The notes: a model not told the origin generated them from the sequence alone. Counted from the stretch's first letter, positions 17,434-26,722 are shown. The stretch is DNA of 64,000 bases from Polyangiaceae bacterium (GCA_044376115.1 JBILLK010000039.1:24080-88079); one strand, 5' to 3'. Program-made: numbers and translations.

Positions 17434-18039
17434 GTGGGTCCCCGTCAAAGGCCCGCGGCCCTGCTACCCGCAGCTCGTCCAGCGCCGGGGCGTTGGCTGG
17501 CGGCCCCCGTGATCGCCGCGCTCGTCGTTCACGCGGTGTACAAGCTCGAGCACGACGCGCTCCAAGAGATGCTCTGGTCCTGTCACGTCGCCTCCGCGCT
17601 GATCGCGCTCGGGATCCTTGTTCGCGCGGTCTCCTTGGTCGCTGTGGGTGCGGTCTTTCAGTTCGCGATGGGTCTGCCTTCCTACGTCGTCGATTGGGTT
17701 GCGACGGGTGAGACGACAGCGTCATCTGTGTTGGTGCACACCGTGCCTCCCGTCGTGGCGGTGCTCGCGCTGCGTCGGCTCGGTGCGTGGCCTCGATGGG
17801 TGCCTGTTGCGTCGGGCTTGCTCTACGTTGCGCTGCTGATCCTCTGCCGCTGGATCACGCGGCCGTCGCTCAATGTGAACCTAGCCTTCGAGCCGTGGGC
17901 GCCGTCGGCTGCCCTCGGCCCGACCTGGAGCCTACGCGCGCTCAACCTGGTGATGATGGCGGCGCTTCTACCGTTGATCGACCGGGCCTTGCGCGCGTTC
18001 ACGCGGGCGTCGTCCGCTCGGGCGGGAGCCACCGCGTGA
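17434..18039 (+). CDS. Integral membrane protein, possibly TMEM164/YwaF-like
   Basis: About 6 TM segments; LWSCH, SVLVH and NVNLAF motifs. Start uncertain; the stop overlaps the next GTG. Confidence 0.6.
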   Translation: MGPRQRPAALLPAARPAPGRWLAAPVIAALVVHAVYKLEHDALQEMLWSCHVASALIALGILVRAVSLVAVGAVFQFAMGLPSYVVDWVATGETTASSVLVHTVPPVVAVLALRRLGAWPRWVPVASGLLYVALLILCRWITRPSLNVNLAFEPWAPSAALGPTWSLRALNLVMMAALLPLIDRALRAFTRASSARAGATA

Positions 18040-19484
18040 GCGAGCAGCGCCTCAATCAAACGACGAGCTTGTGCTCAGAGTGCAAGCGCAGCGTCGTGGC
18101 CGAAGTGTGGCGACGCGGGGACGTGATCGAGCTTCGAAAGCGCTGTTCGGAGCATGGCGAGTCAACGGTGGTCGTGTCCTCGAACGCCGATTGGTACCTG
18201 GAAACGCTCGCTTGTGCGCCCGCCCTCACGCCCCCCGAGCAGGCCCATGCGGTGTCTCAAGGCTGCCCGTTCGACTGCGGTCCGTGCACGAGCCACGAGC
18301 AGCGGGTGCTGCTCCCGATCGTGCCCATCACCTCCGCATGCAACCTCGATTGCCCCATTTGTTACACGCACAACCGTAACGATGGGGCCTTCCACATGAC
18401 GGAGGCTGAGCTCCAAGCCATTCTCGGTCATCTGCGGCGCGCCGATCCCGACAAGCGGATCATCAACCTCACCGGCGGAGAGCCCACGCAACACCCTGCA
18501 TTCGAGCGGCTCGTCGAGCTCTGTCACGAAGAGGGAATCCATCGCATCACCGTCTCCACCCATGGGCTCCGGTTCCTGAAGGAGGAAGCGCTGCTCGAGC
18601 GACTCGCGCGCTTGGACGCGCGGATCGTCCTCTCCTTCGACTCGTTCGACGCTGCGACGAACAAGGAGATGCTTGGGGGGAACTTCCTCGAAGGAAAGCT
18701 GAAGGTGCTGTCGCTCCTCGAGAAGCACGGCGTGCAGACCTCGCTCTTACCAGTGATCGCCAAGGGCTCGAACGATCACGAGATAGGTCGCTTCGTTGAG
18801 CTCGCGCTCGCGAAGCCCTTCATCCGTAGCGTCGAGTTCCACACGATGACCTTCACTGGACAGGGTGGTTCTGGCTTCTCCCGCAGCGGTCGCTACACGA
18901 CCTACGACGTGCTTTGGGACCTGGAGGTGCAAACCTCCGGCACCTTGCGCGTGGCAGACTTCGTTCCATCGCCGGCGGCGCACCCTCTTTGCTACTCGGT
19001 CGCTTATCTCTTGAGACTCCGCACGGGGCGTTGGCTGCCCTTCACGCGCTTCATGCCCAAGGCGGAGTTTCGCGCGATGTTGGCAGGCGGACTCTACCTC
19101 GAACCGGGACCCGAAATGGAGCGCGCCCTGGAGGACATCCTGACGCGCCTATGGGCAGGCGAGATCCCGTGCGACGACGTCGATGAAGTCCTTGGAACGT
19201 TGAAGGAGTTGATGGCGCGCGTATTCACGCCCAGCGTGCCTCATGCGGAGCGCCTGCGCATCTCCGAGACCTACTCCAAGGCGATCTATGTTCATGCGCA
19301 CATGGACGAGGAGACCTTCGACACCGATCGCATTCGTCAGTGCTGCGTCGGGATCCGCGAGCCGAGTGGCGCAAACATTCCATCGTGCGCCTACAACGTG
19401 CTTTATCGCGACCGCGACAAGCGGTTCAGCCTCGCGCCCTCCGCGCCGCTCATCACCCTTGGGCGCGGACGTCCGAGCCGATAG
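18036..19484 (+). CDS. Radical SAM enzyme 3, Tes/GDGT-MAS (COG1964)-like
   Basis: TTSLCSEC...RKRCSEHG; GCPFDCGPCTSH; CNLDCPIC; TGGEPT; AHPLC; HMDEETFDTDRIRQCC...IPSCAYN. Confidence 0.88.
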   Translation: MSEQRLNQTTSLCSECKRSVVAEVWRRGDVIELRKRCSEHGESTVVVSSNADWYLETLACAPALTPPEQAHAVSQGCPFDCGPCTSHEQRVLLPIVPITSACNLDCPICYTHNRNDGAFHMTEAELQAILGHLRRADPDKRIINLTGGEPTQHPAFERLVELCHEEGIHRITVSTHGLRFLKEEALLERLARLDARIVLSFDSFDAATNKEMLGGNFLEGKLKVLSLLEKHGVQTSLLPVIAKGSNDHEIGRFVELALAKPFIRSVEFHTMTFTGQGGSGFSRSGRYTTYDVLWDLEVQTSGTLRVADFVPSPAAHPLCYSVAYLLRLRTGRWLPFTRFMPKAEFRAMLAGGLYLEPGPEMERALEDILTRLWAGEIPCDDVDEVLGTLKELMARVFTPSVPHAERLRISETYSKAIYVHAHMDEETFDTDRIRQCCVGIREPSGANIPSCAYNVLYRDRDKRFSLAPSAPLITLGRGRPSR

Positions 19485-19494
19485 CCGCCTGCTT

Positions 19495-20286
19495 TCAGTT
19501 CGAGCAGCCCTCTGCGTTCTGTGCCCACTCGGGGTAGTCGCTGAGGGTGGTCAGGTTGTGGAGCGCTGCGCTGCGGGCCACCGAGGGCGTGTCGCAGTGA
19601 CCTACTTCACCGAGGAAGCGGTCGAGGTCGTATTGGGCGCAGTGCGTTGAAGCGGGGCTTTTGACGTGCGGCTCGAGGCCGTTGAAGCCGAAGCCGAGCG
19701 AGACGGTCATCGAGCAATCGCCGTCAGTGGTCTCCGACTGGCGGTACACCCAGGCGTTGCGCACGTTGTTCGGGACGTTCACCTGCCAGGCCTGCGGTTG
19801 GTACGGGTCGAACAAGACCATCGCCTTGACGATCGAGTGCGACGCGGAGACGCGCAGATCCTTGCGCAAGCGTTCGGCGATGTCGCTGATGTTTTTGCCT
19901 CCCCAGGAGAAGCCGACCAAGTGAATGTCCGCGGGCGAGTCATCGCCGTCCACCTCGCCATCGCCGTTCTCGTCCAACGTTTCAAACAGGGCGCGGTAGG
20001 CGCCCTTCTCGTTGAGCGCCCCAAAGGCCGGGTATTCGCCGTCCCAGATCACCTCGATGCCCGCGTCCTCCGCTGCCAGGCACACGGCGAACAAGCCTTT
20101 GTCCCAGCCGGTGGTGCGGTCGGAGAGACCCTGCTGACACAGCAGCAAGCGGCGTGGCGCCGAACTCGCAGCGCTATCCTCTTCCGCCGAATCACCTTCC
20201 AGCGAGGTCTGCCCGGGCGCGCAAGCCGCACCGCTAAGCAGCAAGAGACCAACGAGCGAAGCGACCAACGATGCCGATGAGCTCAT
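19495..20286 (-). CDS. Lipoprotein, alpha/beta-hydrolase-like
   Basis: Lipobox GAAC; nucleophile elbow LVGFSWGG; late His (VGHC); EF-hand-like DENGDGEVDGDD. Confidence 0.6.
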   Translation of the reverse strand: MSSSASLVASLVGLLLLSGAACAPGQTSLEGDSAEEDSAASSAPRRLLLCQQGLSDRTTGWDKGLFAVCLAAEDAGIEVIWDGEYPAFGALNEKGAYRALFETLDENGDGEVDGDDSPADIHLVGFSWGGKNISDIAERLRKDLRVSASHSIVKAMVLFDPYQPQAWQVNVPNNVRNAWVYRQSETTDGDCSMTVSLGFGFNGLEPHVKSPASTHCAQYDLDRFLGEVGHCDTPSVARSAALHNLTTLSDYPEWAQNAEGCSN

Positions 20287-20488
20287 GCTCGTAACCGTGC
20301 CTGAGCCGTTTCAGCTTGGGTAGCTTTCGGCTGTTGACCCGTGTTCAATTAATGCCCGTCGGTGCAAAAAATCAGGCGCGCTGGATTCGCGCGGAACGCC
20401 GTCCATGGACGCCTTCGACCGCGGGCCGTGAGCGCACATCGAGCGCGGGTTCGGGCGCTTGCGGCGCTCCGGCCGCGGCACACCGCTA

Positions 20489-20944
20489 TCAGCCCTCTTT
20501 CGCCTGCGCGCCGCCCAACGCGAGCACGCTGGTCCACTCGGCGGCGTCTTCGCATTCGAACGACAACTCGACGCGGCCGGTCGCCTCGAAGGGGCGGTCG
20601 GTTTCGAGCTTGAGCTCTCCGTCCTTGTGCGCGACGCGAAGGTTCGAAAGGTCGCTGCCGGATACCTGGATGGGGAAGGGGCACAGGATGTACAGGCCCT
20701 TGCCGGTCAATACGAGCTCGCCCGGCTTGATCGAGCGCATGCCCGAACGCATGCCTTGACCAACGAAGTCGTGCAGCTTGATGTGGAGTCGCCGACTGCC
20801 CGAGCGCTTCTTGATCCCGTCGGCGGCGAGCTTCGCGATGATGCGGTTGCGAATCCAACGCACGAGCCCAACTACGAACACGACGATCAGGACGGGGAGC
20901 AAGACCGCGAAGCCGACGATTCCGAGCACGAGGCCAAGGGACAT
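20489..20944 (-). CDS. Hypothetical membrane-anchored protein
   Basis: Long N-terminal hydrophobic helix followed by a small beta-rich domain. Confidence 0.6.
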   Translation of the reverse strand: MSLGLVLGIVGFAVLLPVLIVVFVVGLVRWIRNRIIAKLAADGIKKRSGSRRLHIKLHDFVGQGMRSGMRSIKPGELVLTGKGLYILCPFPIQVSGSDLSNLRVAHKDGELKLETDRPFEATGRVELSFECEDAAEWTSVLALGGAQAKEG

Positions 20945-21014
20945 GCTGGCGAAGATACCAGTCCCGGAGGAAGCGCAGCAGGGTTCGGGGCGCGGCGGAC
21001 GATCTTGAAGCCTT

Positions 21015-22139
21015 CTACGGCGGCGACGCGACGATCGCTAACACTGTATCCCCCGAAAACGTGGCTCCAACGAGGGCGCCGCTCTGTGCGGTCTGATTGA
21101 CCGCCGCCGCGATTTCGAACACCACCGGTCCACCGAGCGTGGGCTGCATCGTGAGCTCGGGAGCGAGCAGCAAGTGGGTCTGACCACCGGAGGTCGGATA
21201 GCCGCCGGTTTCGCTCGCCAAGTACGCCCCGGATTGCGTGATGGCCGCGACGCCAGTTTCGAAGCGATTGCCACATTGATTGGACGTCTGCGCGGGCGAC
21301 ATTTCGAGCTGCGAGAGCACGTGCAGCTGCGCGGGGCCTTCGGTTTCCAGCGTGGTCGAGAGAACGTCGGTGAAGGACGTCGTCATGCCTACCGGCATAT
21401 CGGTCCCAGCGCCGAATTGGTCCCATATGGTGCGGAAGTAGCTGGCCGCTGCGATGCTTCGCTCGCGGCACTCGGGGCTTGGGTCCTCCACCCAGACCTC
21501 GAGCGAGGAGTCCGCAGCGAGGTTGACGACGCCGTTCTGACAGTCGCTACTGCGATATTGAGACATCGTCACCGTGATGCGGTCGTGCTCCGGTGTGAGG
21601 TCGCCATAGGCCAACATTCGACGCGTGAGTTGCTCCTCCGGGCACAGGTCTTCGCCCGCTCCGAAGTTGATGATCTTGGGAAAGGCTGGGTCTCCGACCT
21701 GCACTGTGCTGGACCAGCCGTGGACGCCGAGGCTCAGAGCGCCAACGCCAAACAGGTTCAAATTGAGCCGAACCAGCGTCAGACCTTGATCGGGCACCGG
21801 TTGATCGAAGACGAGCACAGGCGCGTTGCCCGGAACGCAATTGAGGCTTACCGAACGTGCGAGCGGATAGACGTACTTCCTCACGGGCGCGCATCCCTGC
21901 GGGCCGCCGCCTGTGCCCCCTGCGCCGCCGCTGCTTCCGCCTGCGCCGCCCTCCGCGCCGCCGCCTCCATCGCCTGCTGCCGCGCCGGTTCCGCCAGCAC
22001 CGCCGCTGCCACCAGCCACCATTACGCCGCCGCCTGAAGCTCCGTTCCCGCCGCCCGTGCTCGCGCTGGTCGCACCATCGTCACCGCAGCTCGCCATGCA
22101 GAGCGCCGCACACCAAAGCACGAGTCGAGGTTGGCTCAC
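21015..22139 (-). CDS. Gly-rich linker lipoprotein, hypothetical
   Basis: LCMASC lipobox, poly-Gly/Ala linker, beta-rich C-terminus. GTG start is a best guess. Confidence 0.65.
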   Translation of the reverse strand: MSQPRLVLWCAALCMASCGDDGATSASTGGGNGASGGGVMVAGGSGGAGGTGAAAGDGGGGAEGGAGGSSGGAGGTGGGPQGCAPVRKYVYPLARSVSLNCVPGNAPVLVFDQPVPDQGLTLVRLNLNLFGVGALSLGVHGWSSTVQVGDPAFPKIINFGAGEDLCPEEQLTRRMLAYGDLTPEHDRITVTMSQYRSSDCQNGVVNLAADSSLEVWVEDPSPECRERSIAAASYFRTIWDQFGAGTDMPVGMTTSFTDVLSTTLETEGPAQLHVLSQLEMSPAQTSNQCGNRFETGVAAITQSGAYLASETGGYPTSGGQTHLLLAPELTMQPTLGGPVVFEIAAAVNQTAQSGALVGATFSGDTVLAIVASPP

Positions 22140-22392
22140 GAGCCGAGCGTAGCAATACGGGCATCCGTGTACTTCGCTGTCGTCGGGCATGCCGCTTGCG
22201 CGACCGTGAGATGAGCGCAGCCGAACAGGCCCTCCAATGGGAACGCCGTGAATGCGAGGGCGTTGCGCCCCGACTCTCACACACGGGTCGACGCGCGCCT
22301 CCCGATCGCGCGAAAAGGCAAAGGAGTCCGGAGCTTGGCGCCTCCCGAAAACACCTCTTGCGCGGTGCCTGGAGATCCTACATGTGGGTGTT

Positions 22393-24258
22393 ATGCGCAG
22401 CCTGTTGCCCTCCCTGCTCGGCCTGGCCCTCTTGATCGCATGCGCGCCCGGGCGCCCGACTCCTGAAACCGAGGACGTGGGCGAGCGCGACGACGGCGCG
22501 CTGTCGGGTACCACCGATGGGCTGAAGATCGTCGTCCACGAAGACGCCAAGATCGAGCTGCGCGACGGCGCGCAGGTGCTGGTGGTTACAGGGTCGACCA
22601 GCAGGAATCTGGACGCGGTGTCGAGCGCCCGAGCGTTCGGAGGTGCGTTCGGTCAGGCCAGCAAGGTCGGGCCGAAGTCGTTCGAGATCGTGTTTACGGC
22701 GCAGGCCGAGGTCGATGAGGTCCTGCGCGGGACACCGGTGCAGCTTGCGGTCCGCACCAAGACCGGGGCGGTGCGCGACTTCACCGCTGAGCTCCGCGTC
22801 GCGCCGAGTTACGAGAAATTCACGGGCGCAACCGGCATCTTCGTTCGAGCGGAGATCGAGCCTGTGTACGCCGGTGGGTTCGCAGACCGGACGCGCTTCC
22901 GCAGCACCTTCTCCACCCCAGCGGGCGCAACCAATGTGTCGGTGTCGAGCCAGTCGAATGGTGTCGTCGTTCCCTTCGCGCAGGCGCCCAATGATTGGAC
23001 CTTCGACCGCACGACCTCGAGCCTGCTCGCCGAGCTCGATAAGAAGACCGACCGAACCACGTTCAAAGCCAGCGTGTCGCAGCAACTCTCGACGAAGAAG
23101 GCGGCTGCGGTTGCCAAGGTCGTCGAGCTCGCAGTGACCTCGGATGATCCTGCGGAAGCCTTCCCAGCTCCCGCGTGCGACGCCAACGTCTCCGCGTGCG
23201 TCGAGGCCTCGCTCACCTCGGGCGATGTGTCGGCGTGCGGCGACTACCTCGAGGTAACCACCTGCCTGGCGTCGCCGCGTTCCTGTTTGTTTGGCTGGAC
23301 GCTGGAGCAGGCGCTGAGCGGCAGTGGCTTCGGAAACACCGGCTTCGGACTGATCGAAGACGCGGCTGTGCTTTCGCCCGAGCTGTCGGCGAAGGTCATC
23401 GCCGCCGCGAAGGAGCGCGACGCAACGATCTCCACGCTGGCTGAGGCACTGGCGCTGGGCGCTTTCGAGCACACCGAGTTCCAGCGCGTCGCGACGGGAG
23501 AACCGTTCGACGCGTTGACCGTGACGGTCGGCGGAATGAAGTACGGCGCGATCTTCGAGGCTGATGGCTCAGCACGGGTTGCCTCGGTTCAGAACTCGTT
23601 CCTTGGGGCCTGTACACTCGTCGGGGCAACTGGTGGTGCCCAGGCCGGCGAGGATTGCAATGATGGGTTGGTCTGCGGCGCTGACCTGACTTGCCTGGGG
23701 CAGAACCCCGCGGTGGGCTTCGGCAAGTGCGTTCCGAACGAAGCGCCTGCGGGAACGGGCGAGGCGTGCGGAGTGGTCGGCGGACAACCGACCGACTGCG
23801 CGAGCCAAGCGCTGGTTTGCGGCGGCCTTACCGGCACGATCGAAGAAGGCATCTGCGTGCCCACGTGGCTCCGAGGTCAGTTCGATGATTGGGATGTGAC
23901 CCCGCTCCCTCCAACTGGCACGCTCGAACGCGGCATCGAGGCCTATGGGCTCGCGACCGTCGCGATGGACGCTGGCGTCTATGTCGAGGTGGTCAACATC
24001 GTTCCGAGTAAGATCGTCGTCAAACTCCGCAACCCCGCAGGGACAGAGTCGACGTTGTGGGATGGTCCTGCAATCGGATTGGCAGAGCCGCAGATTGACG
24101 GTGACAACTTCATCGAAATCGCTGCCACAGCCGACTCCTTCCCAGGCGATGAGTCGGCCAATGGGACCTACACGCTCGTGGTCGAGAGCCTTCCTGGCAA
24201 TGATCCGGGAGGCGAGGTTAGCGATTGGCACCTTACCGTCACGAGCCGCTTCGATTGA
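22393..24258 (+). CDS. Lipoprotein with Cys-rich region and C-terminal proprotein-convertase P-domain-like module
   Basis: LLIAC lipobox; GLATV...L.NPAGT...PGDESANGTYTL...W.LTVTSRFD. Confidence 0.72.
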   Translation: MRSLLPSLLGLALLIACAPGRPTPETEDVGERDDGALSGTTDGLKIVVHEDAKIELRDGAQVLVVTGSTSRNLDAVSSARAFGGAFGQASKVGPKSFEIVFTAQAEVDEVLRGTPVQLAVRTKTGAVRDFTAELRVAPSYEKFTGATGIFVRAEIEPVYAGGFADRTRFRSTFSTPAGATNVSVSSQSNGVVVPFAQAPNDWTFDRTTSSLLAELDKKTDRTTFKASVSQQLSTKKAAAVAKVVELAVTSDDPAEAFPAPACDANVSACVEASLTSGDVSACGDYLEVTTCLASPRSCLFGWTLEQALSGSGFGNTGFGLIEDAAVLSPELSAKVIAAAKERDATISTLAEALALGAFEHTEFQRVATGEPFDALTVTVGGMKYGAIFEADGSARVASVQNSFLGACTLVGATGGAQAGEDCNDGLVCGADLTCLGQNPAVGFGKCVPNEAPAGTGEACGVVGGQPTDCASQALVCGGLTGTIEEGICVPTWLRGQFDDWDVTPLPPTGTLERGIEAYGLATVAMDAGVYVEVVNIVPSKIVVKLRNPAGTESTLWDGPAIGLAEPQIDGDNFIEIAATADSFPGDESANGTYTLVVESLPGNDPGGEVSDWHLTVTSRFD

Positions 24259-24307
24259 CTCAACGGTTCACTCGAAAGCCTCGAGCTCCGCTATCGTCGA
24301 TCAAACG

Positions 24308-25087
24308 ATGCGCCACCAATGGTTTACGGTTTTGAGTTCCGGCCTGCTGCTCAGCTGCGCGACCGGCGTGGAGATTGAAGGTTTTGGCGGGAACTCGAGC
24401 AGCAGCGATAGCGGCGTTGGCGCGAGCGCCGGCGTAGCGGGCGGCACGAGCCAGGGGGGCGAGGGTAGCGGTGGAGAGCCGACGGGCGGCGGCAACGTCG
24501 GTGGCACAGGCGGCGTTGGTGGGGCGGCTACCACGTGCGGTAACGGTCAACTCGATCCGGGAGAGACTTGTGATCCGCCGTCGAGCTGCCTCACGACGTG
24601 TGACGACGCAGACGCTTGTACGACCGATGTGCTGACGGGCAGCAGCGGGCAATGCAACGTCGCCTGCAGCCACACTGCGGTAACTGCCTGCGTCGCCGAT
24701 GGCTGTTGCCCAGCCGGCTGTTCGTCGCTGAACGATAGCGATTGTGGCTCCACCTACGGGCCAGTCCATACCTTTGCCGGATACTCGAGCTCGTTCCTGA
24801 TCACGCAGTTTTCTTGCTCCAACGCAGCGGGAGATCCGGTAGGTGACGCGATCTGGTTCTGTGAGCATTTCTACGGCCCAACGTGCACCGCGATGCCGGG
24901 CGTCCAGACCCTGACGACCTCAGCTGACGCGATGATGCATTCAGGGACCAACTGCTACAGCCCGGAGCCCGTTGGTGTGGACGTGCCCGGCACGCAATGC
25001 ATCGGCGGACCGTGCAAGATCGGGAACTTCGGCGCGACCTATGGAGCCATGGGTGGCATCACCAACATCGTCTGCGAATGCCCGTGA
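24308..25087 (+). CDS. Myxobacterial Cys-rich repeat lipoprotein
   Basis: LLLSC lipobox, Gly linker, CGNGQLDPGETCD and CDDADACTTD repeats. Confidence 0.72.
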   Translation: MRHQWFTVLSSGLLLSCATGVEIEGFGGNSSSSDSGVGASAGVAGGTSQGGEGSGGEPTGGGNVGGTGGVGGAATTCGNGQLDPGETCDPPSSCLTTCDDADACTTDVLTGSSGQCNVACSHTAVTACVADGCCPAGCSSLNDSDCGSTYGPVHTFAGYSSSFLITQFSCSNAAGDPVGDAIWFCEHFYGPTCTAMPGVQTLTTSADAMMHSGTNCYSPEPVGVDVPGTQCIGGPCKIGNFGATYGAMGGITNIVCECP

Positions 25088-25446
25088 CGCGAGCGCAGTT
25101 ACGAACGTTCGTCCTTGCGCTCGACGGGGTGGAAGAACGCCCTCACATGGAGCGAATGGCCTTTCGCACCAAGCGCAAGACCTTCCTTACGATCGGCGCC
25201 GATGCACGCGTCAACCTGTTGGTTCAGCCGGAAGATAAGCGTGATTCGCTGCTCGAATCTTTTCCCGACGCCATCTTCTCACTCGGCGGCTGGACCCGGC
25301 TCGGGTTCGTCGCTGTCGATCTCGATACTGTCGATGAAGCGCTGCTCCGTGAGCTCGTGACCGACGCGTGGCGTGACGCGCTTCCCGTCACGAAGACCAA
25401 AGCCAAGGGTTCCGCGAAGCCCAAAGTAGTCCGCCGGTCGACCTGA
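25084..25446 (+). CDS. MmcQ/YjbR family protein
   Basis: LALDGVEERPH....FR...K.F, GW..LG...VDL..VD...L.EL..DAWR. GTGA overlap. Confidence 0.78.
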   Translation: MTRAQLRTFVLALDGVEERPHMERMAFRTKRKTFLTIGADARVNLLVQPEDKRDSLLESFPDAIFSLGGWTRLGFVAVDLDTVDEALLRELVTDAWRDALPVTKTKAKGSAKPKVVRRST

Positions 25447-25505
25447 ACCAGGCCCGGACTCGCGCGCCGTAGCCCAGCTCTCGAAGACGACCGTCAAGCC
25501 ACCGA

Positions 25506-26690
25506 TCAGTCGAAGCGCGTCGTCAGCTCGAGCGAGAAGAGCGAGAAGGTGCCTTGCTCGCCTTCCACCGTGTCCAAGATATTCAACGTCCACAGCCCGT
25601 TCGCGACCTCGTCCCCCGGAACGGACACGACGATCCCCTCGGGTGCCGTCGGAAGAGGGCCCGAGCCGCGTGGCCACACCATCACGGTCGTTCCGGCTTC
25701 GGATGGGTTGGTCAGCGTTAGCTCCAAATCATCCGGGCGCGGATGGTCGATTACGACCCGCACGATGGCGTCGGTCGGCACGGTGGCCAGACCGGTGACT
25801 TGCACGCTCACTCCGGTGCTGGAATCCGGAACATCGACCAGCGTTCCGGAACTCTCCTCAATGAACTCATCGCGCATCCACCGCGGACTGCAGATGCCTT
25901 CGAAGTCGCTGCTACGGCCCGCGCAGATCAGGCCTGCCCCGCAGAAACCCTCGGCCGAACAGGAATCGCCGGCGCCTGCGATCTCGACGTTGTCCACGCA
26001 ACGGCCCGCGCTCGACTCGGTGGCACCGAGGCACATCACGCCGGACTCGCACGGGGTCTCGGCATCGCAGCTGGGCGCGCTGAGATCGCGGTCTGCGCGC
26101 TCCCGCAACAATCGGAACGCCGTCTCCTTCACGCGCGAGATCGAGCCGAGGTGCGCCATCGAAAGGATGGGACGAGCGGCGGCGATATTCTTGAGCGCGC
26201 GCGAATCGATCGAGGTCTCCGCATCGAGCGTCGCGATGCTCGCGTTGTTCACGAGCTCGAGCGTGCGATCGGCTTGGTTCTCGGTGAAGTAGACATCGTA
26301 GTAGAACCCTCGCTCGATCCCGTAGCCGCGAGCCAAGGCGGAGGTCGCGAGCTGCTTGAGCGTGGCCGGGCCAATGCCTTTGACCGCATCGAGTACGCCG
26401 AGGGAGCGAAACGGCACGTCATCCGCGGTGCCCGCTACGCCGTCGGCGCCGTTGCGCTTGGCCAGGACCGCCGCCACCGTCGACTTCGACGTGATGCCCG
26501 CGGCCTTCAGCGCCGCAGCGTCGGTGGCCGGGTCGTCGACGAACGCGACGATTGCACGCGCCTCTTTGGTGCCCTCTGCAAAGGTGACCGCGGTGGCGAA
26601 GGATTCGTCGCCCGTCTGTTCGTTCTCGCCCTCACAGGCGCTGAGCGAGGTAACGAGGGTGAAAGCAAGGAGGCTGCGTGCGTTGATCAT
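25506..26690 (-). CDS. Lipoprotein: ComEA-like helix-hairpin-helix + Cys-rich + P-domain
   Basis: LSAC lipobox; PFRSLGVLDAVKGIGPATLKQL; VNNASIATLD; IDHPRPDDLELTLTNP; PGDEVANGLWTL; ends TTRFD. Confidence 0.78.
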   Translation of the reverse strand: MINARSLLAFTLVTSLSACEGENEQTGDESFATAVTFAEGTKEARAIVAFVDDPATDAAALKAAGITSKSTVAAVLAKRNGADGVAGTADDVPFRSLGVLDAVKGIGPATLKQLATSALARGYGIERGFYYDVYFTENQADRTLELVNNASIATLDAETSIDSRALKNIAAARPILSMAHLGSISRVKETAFRLLRERADRDLSAPSCDAETPCESGVMCLGATESSAGRCVDNVEIAGAGDSCSAEGFCGAGLICAGRSSDFEGICSPRWMRDEFIEESSGTLVDVPDSSTGVSVQVTGLATVPTDAIVRVVIDHPRPDDLELTLTNPSEAGTTVMVWPRGSGPLPTAPEGIVVSVPGDEVANGLWTLNILDTVEGEQGTFSLFSLELTTRFD

Positions 26691-26722
26691 GGTGGTGCCT
26701 TCGGAGTTGGAGGGGGGCGGGT

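Noticed and set aside
8165..19484. RiPP (SPASM/ranthipeptide) or MoaA/PqqE cofactor cluster
   Set aside because: No precursor peptide, RRE/PqqD or peptidase. The motifs fit COG1964, and the neighbours are acyl-chain enzymes.
8165..19484. Pterin dimethyltransferase (the older annotation of the MJ0619 family)
   Set aside because: MJ0619 was reassigned as the GDGT/macrocyclic archaeol synthase, and there are no pterin genes here.
2436..19484. Calling the product a GDGT, ladderane or aryl polyene
   Set aside because: No glycerol-ether or prenyl genes, no B12-binding radical SAMs and no aryl starter ligase; an enoyl reductase is present. The product cannot be named from sequence alone.
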